DNA of 64,000 nucleotides from positions 288,001-352,000 of the forward strand of contig OY969561.1 of NCBI GenBank assembly GCA_963701085.1, in the 5' to 3' direction. The DNA comes from an uncultured bacterium. Lineage in GTDB: Bacteria; Babelota; Babeliae; Babelales; Vermiphilaceae. The position numbers were made by a program, and so were the translations under genes. Positions 60,145 to 64,000 of the stretch are shown piece after piece; position 1 is the first letter of the stretch; every line of letters starts with the position of its first letter. Under the pieces are notes generated by a model. That model searched no databases. It was not told where the DNA came from and saw only the letters and a program-made list of their open reading frames with translations.

Positions 60145-61245
60145 ATGATTTTATTAATGGGGGAGGAAGCAATGTTTCCGCTCAAAAAGGCTGAAAGTTT
60201 ATCAATGAGACGTATACAAGGGCGCATTGTTATTATTTTGTCTATTTTTCTTCAGGTTCCTGCTCTTTGGGGGGCTATGATAGATGGTTTTCATGGCCAT
60301 GTTGTCCCGGAAAAGACTAAAATAGCCAACGGAACGATTGTTGAGCACGTTGTTCTGTATCCGCAAGAGGCGCATGATTCATCTAATCGAATTGCTCGCC
60401 ACGGTATTTTAGCTCGTAACGATGGGGCTAAGGCAACAATTTTAGTATGTCATGGATTTATGTGTGATAAATATGATGTGGGTATGTTGAGAAGGATATT
60501 TAAAAAAAGCCACTTTAATGTAATGACATTTGATTTTCGTGCGCATGGACAAGATGGTAATGGGCAATATTGTACGTTTGGCCGTGATGAATCTTTAGAT
60601 GTAATTGCCGCAGCAAAATTCTTGCGCAATCATTCAGAGTTGGAAGGGATGCCACTTTATGCATATGGTTTTTCCATGGGGGCAGTTTCTGCCATAGAAG
60701 CGCAGTCTTTATGCTCAGATTTATTTGATGCAATGATATTAGATTGTCCTTTTGATTCTAGTGAGCGAGTTATTAAAACTGGTCTTGAGGGGTTAAAATG
60801 CTCAATTTTTGGTTATGAGTTTGATGCACCTGGTAAAGATCTATTGCAAAAATATGCATTTCATCCCTATGTTCAAGCGTTGGTTAAAGCCGTGTTAAAA
60901 ACAGTTTCGCAGATGGATGCTACCGGTGTTAATACCAATTTTTGTCCGTTATATCCCGCTGAATCGGTTAAAAAAATAGTTGTTCCTGTGTTTTTTATTC
61001 ATTGTAAAAATGATCAAAAAGTTTCTGTTGAGCAAGTTAAACGTGTGTATGATGGTGCTGCTGGTTATAAACGGTTATGGTTAACCAATGGTCGTCGTCA
61101 TTACGATTCATTTTTTTATAATCCTGAAAAATACACTGAGCAGGTACGTCAGTTTTATAATCAGGTTACTAATGGTGATATACAAGGAATGCCGCAAGAA
61201 GGAATTGTTGAAGATGATGAAGAAGATGATCATCTGTTTGGATAA
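60145..61245 (+). CDS. Alpha/beta hydrolase
   Basis: VCHGF, FDFRAHG, nucleophile motif GFSMG, and IHCKND. Confidence 0.88.
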   Translation: MILLMGEEAMFPLKKAESLSMRRIQGRIVIILSIFLQVPALWGAMIDGFHGHVVPEKTKIANGTIVEHVVLYPQEAHDSSNRIARHGILARNDGAKATILVCHGFMCDKYDVGMLRRIFKKSHFNVMTFDFRAHGQDGNGQYCTFGRDESLDVIAAAKFLRNHSELEGMPLYAYGFSMGAVSAIEAQSLCSDLFDAMILDCPFDSSERVIKTGLEGLKCSIFGYEFDAPGKDLLQKYAFHPYVQALVKAVLKTVSQMDATGVNTNFCPLYPAESVKKIVVPVFFIHCKNDQKVSVEQVKRVYDGAAGYKRLWLTNGRRHYDSFFYNPEKYTEQVRQFYNQVTNGDIQGMPQEGIVEDDEEDDHLFG

Positions 61246-61277
61246 AAGTAATTATATAAAAAAAGGGAGGATTGGGA

Positions 61278-61862
61278 ATGGAAAAGTATAGTAATAAATT
61301 GATGATGTTGACGATTGTGTGTCTGCTATTTATCGGTGGCGTATCACATACAAAAGTAAGAACGGTTACGGGGCGTAGAGATTTGGAGCGGAGTATAGCA
61401 AAAGAAAGTAAGGTAGTTGTGTTGTTTTATGATGATAGGGATAAGGATCTTGCGCGGATGTATGAAGATGTGAGTGCTATACAACGCTATGATGATGCAG
61501 ACGTTATTTTTCTTAAGGTAAATGCAGCACGTAAAGAGTTGCGTGACTTGGCTCAACTCTATGGTGTTACCGCAATGCCAGCATTTATATTTTTCAGTAA
61601 AGGTAAGCGTCTTGTTAATAATAAGGTTGCACCAGGTGTTGTTATGGGCGCACCGGCTATGCTAACGGGTTCTGTTTCTCGCGATAGATTGCAATCGTTT
61701 ATAGACGAATATTATGGTGTGGAAATTGAGCAGTATATTGCAAAAAAAGATGCAAGAAATAAGCAGCGATTAGTGCAAGAAAAAGAAAGCTGGAAACCTT
61801 ATTTTTATCCACGCGATATATTTGTCCGCAGTTACGGTCCAGAGGAACGTGACTTGGAATAA
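61278..61862 (+). CDS. Thioredoxin-fold exported protein lacking CxxC
   Basis: VVVLFY, FLKVNA and YGVTAMPAFIFF motifs; no CxxC. Confidence 0.75.
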   Translation: MEKYSNKLMMLTIVCLLFIGGVSHTKVRTVTGRRDLERSIAKESKVVVLFYDDRDKDLARMYEDVSAIQRYDDADVIFLKVNAARKELRDLAQLYGVTAMPAFIFFSKGKRLVNNKVAPGVVMGAPAMLTGSVSRDRLQSFIDEYYGVEIEQYIAKKDARNKQRLVQEKESWKPYFYPRDIFVRSYGPEERDLE

Positions 61863-61865
61863 TAA

Positions 61866-62001
61866 TCCTTCGATACATTTTTGAAGACAAAAACACTCAG
61901 GATGAATGGAAGAAATTTTCTCCGCTCGCTTGCCCCATCTCCAGCCTCTTTCGATGGGGACCCCGATTGAAACGAAGTAAAAATTGGGGAAAAAGGGTGC
62001 A
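61866..62001. repeat. Family A doublet; right arm carries two nested hairpins
   Basis: tccttcgataca..ctcaggatgaatgg followed by ccgctcgcttg-ccccatc..gatgggg-a-ccccgatt..aattgggg-aaaaagggtgca. Confidence 0.88.
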
Positions 62002-62100
62002 GAAAAAATAATAACTTTAATAATGTGGTTCTACTTTAAAGCAGGGCCTTTTTTTGTTATTCTAGTGGGCATATGTAACCATTTTAATGGAGTGAAAAGT

Positions 62101-63642
62101 ATGCTGACCATTTCTCTTTCAACTGAAAATTTATTATCGCAAAAAGTTGATTGCTACGCTTATATTGTTGAGAAAAATTTTGATGTAAAAAAATTGAGTG
62201 ATGCTACAAAAGTGTGCCCCGATCTTGCTGCTGTTATTAAACATCGCGGATTCACCGGTAACTTACAAGAAGTTATTTCCGTGCCTTTTTCAGTCGAGGA
62301 CCTGCCCGCAGAAGCCTCGGCGAAGGCGGGACGTCTTGCTTTTTGTATTGTTGTTGGCATGGGTGATCAAAGCGTAAAAGCTGTGTCTGTTGTTGAGCGC
62401 TATCGTCGTGCTCTTGGTCAACTGGTTAAAGAAGTGCGTGCATGCAAAGGTAAATCTCTTGCTTTGCATGATGCTGCTGATTTGTTAGGCAGTATTGCTC
62501 ATGACTATTGTGCTGAGCAAACAGTTATAACACTTAAAACAGCACAGTATCATTTTGATGATTATATTACGGAAAAATCACGTAAAGAAAATTCTTTTGT
62601 TGAAGCAATTCTTGTTACTGATGCGCAACACAAAAACGAAGTGCAACGTGGAATAACGCAAGGAATTATTATTGGTGATGCGGTTAACCAAGCACGTCAT
62701 TGGGTTGATATGCCACCATCAGATTTAACGCCACAACATTTGGTCCATAAAGCACATGATATTGCTCAACGCAATAATCTTAAAATTACCGCATTTAATG
62801 AAAAAGAAATTATACAAATGGGTATGGGTGGCTTAGCGGGTGTTTCTCGTGGATCTGATGTTGATTGTGCGCTTATTATTCTTGAATATAAGTCTGCAAA
62901 AAAAGATGCGCCAACGCTTTGTTTTGTTGGTAAAGGTATTACCTTTGATTCTGGTGGATTAAGTTTAAAACCAGCAGAATCAATGGAAACAATGAAAGAA
63001 GATATGTCAGGTGCGGCAGCAGTTATTTCTGCTATTGATGCACTTGCGCAACTGCAACCTGATGTCAATATTGTTGTCATTGCACCAACATCAGAAAATT
63101 TACCAAGTGGTCATGCAACAAAACCAGGTGATATTTTAAAATTTTATAACGGTAAAACAGCAGAAATTAAAAATACAGATGCGGAAGGGCGCTTAATTTT
63201 GGCAGATGCGCTTTCTTACGCGGTTAAACATTATAAGCCGGACGCAATGGTTGATTTGGCAACATTAACTGGGGCATGTGCATATGCGCTCGGGCCAGTG
63301 TATAGTGGTTTATTTAGTGAGCATCAAGAATTGATTGAAAAATTGCAAGCAGCAGCTGATCTTTCTGGCGATCGCTTATGGCAGATGCCAATGGGTGATG
63401 ATTATAAGAAAGCGATAACTTCTACTGTTGCTGATATTTGTAATATTGGTAGCAAGCAGATTAGAGCGGGTGGTACAACAGCTGCGCATTTCTTACAAAA
63501 TTTTGTTGATGATACGGTATGGGCTCATATTGATATTGCTGGTACGGCATTTGATGTGCCCAATATTTCTTACTTCCGTCCTGGCGGAACCGGGGTTGGT
63601 GTACGTCTGTTGGTTGCATTGGCAATGAACTGGAAAAAGTAA
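62101..63642 (+). CDS. pepA: Leucyl aminopeptidase (M17)
   Basis: VGKGITFDSGG, MKEDMSG, NTDAEGRL, ATLTGA and WAHIDIAG motifs; start 62101 after GGAG. Confidence 0.96.
   Translation: MLTISLSTENLLSQKVDCYAYIVEKNFDVKKLSDATKVCPDLAAVIKHRGFTGNLQEVISVPFSVEDLPAEASAKAGRLAFCIVVGMGDQSVKAVSVVERYRRALGQLVKEVRACKGKSLALHDAADLLGSIAHDYCAEQTVITLKTAQYHFDDYITEKSRKENSFVEAILVTDAQHKNEVQRGITQGIIIGDAVNQARHWVDMPPSDLTPQHLVHKAHDIAQRNNLKITAFNEKEIIQMGMGGLAGVSRGSDVDCALIILEYKSAKKDAPTLCFVGKGITFDSGGLSLKPAESMETMKEDMSGAAAVISAIDALAQLQPDVNIVVIAPTSENLPSGHATKPGDILKFYNGKTAEIKNTDAEGRLILADALSYAVKHYKPDAMVDLATLTGACAYALGPVYSGLFSEHQELIEKLQAAADLSGDRLWQMPMGDDYKKAITSTVADICNIGSKQIRAGGTTAAHFLQNFVDDTVWAHIDIAGTAFDVPNISYFRPGGTGVGVRLLVALAMNWKK
62301..62330. 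repeat. In-frame family B insertion in pepA
   Basis: cctg-cccgca-gaagc-ctcg-gcgaa-ggcggg encoding LPAEASAKA. Confidence 0.88.
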
Positions 63643-63650
63643 TATAAATA

Positions 63651-63690
63651 AAATAGGCTTGCTCATTGTAGTATGAGCAAGCCTATTTTT
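63651..63690. terminator. Bidirectional terminator
   Basis: aaataggcttgctcat-tgtagt-atgagcaagcctattt. Confidence 0.85.
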
Positions 63691-63699
63691 TATTTGTTA

Positions 63700-64000
63700 C
63701 TAATTTGGCACATAGTTGCTCCATGGGTCTTTCGCTTCTACTACTTTGTTAGTTTTTTTATCGGTCCATTGAGGCTCAAGTTTAGACTGAAACACCTGTA
63801 TATCGACTCGCATATCTTTCTGTGGAAAATATGTATCATAATCTTTATTAATTTGCTTAAATAATTTAACTGCATCATGCCATTTTGTCATTTTACTGTC
63901 CAAGTCGGCTTTTCGACATCCTATCTTTTTAATTTGATTTTGCAAATTTAGATTGGCTGTCCCATTGATGGGTAGGGAAAACTCAGTGCTTTCACCATTT
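63700..64000 (-). CDS. Partial hypothetical protein (5' end outside the window)
   Basis: Frame stays open from the window edge to the stop at 63700. Confidence 0.6.
   Translation of the reverse strand, partial: NGESTEFSLPINGTANLNLQNQIKKIGCRKADLDSKMTKWHDAVKLFKQINKDYDTYFPQKDMRVDIQVFQSKLEPQWTDKKTNKVVEAKDPWSNYVPN

Noticed and set aside
61984-62100. Long N-terminal extension of PepA
   Set aside because: It starts inside a repeat; the ATG at 62101 has an RBS and gives a normal length.

Overview
AT-rich bacterial chromosome segment. Gene content and style suggest an intracellular parasite of protists, most likely Candidatus Dependentiae/Babelota (TM6); this is an inference, not a database result. 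Housekeeping genes include yebC, ruvB, rodA, uvrA (frameshifted), mutS, rplU, trkA/trkH, glyQS, two htrA, ppsA, tlyA, an amidase, dnaA, pgk, a lolC/E-type permease, rpiB, an ftsH-like ATPase and pepA. There are four tRNAs (Pro-TGG, His-GTG, Arg-TCG, Arg-CCT). Many orphan signal-peptide proteins carry F-box-, ankyrin-, WD40- or CaaX-like motifs and look like host effectors. A degraded accessory region with duplicated toxin-antitoxin modules lies between the two tRNA-Arg genes. The most striking structure is a modular system of GC-rich palindromic repeats. Family A (CCGCTCGCCCTGAG-[variable hairpin]-TCGAAGGG) has about 30 arms at about 15 loci and is densest around a small GIY-YIG nuclease gene just downstream of dnaA, resembling a RAYT/REPIN system with a GIY-YIG enzyme in place of the HUH transposase. 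Family B (stem-GWAGC-loop-GCGAA-stem) sits in frame inside proteins (AEASAKA/FAKASED peptides), incorporates the CCA ends of three tRNA genes, and nests inside family A. Repeat coordinates were read by eye and may be off by a few bases. Many frameshifts may be sequencing errors.
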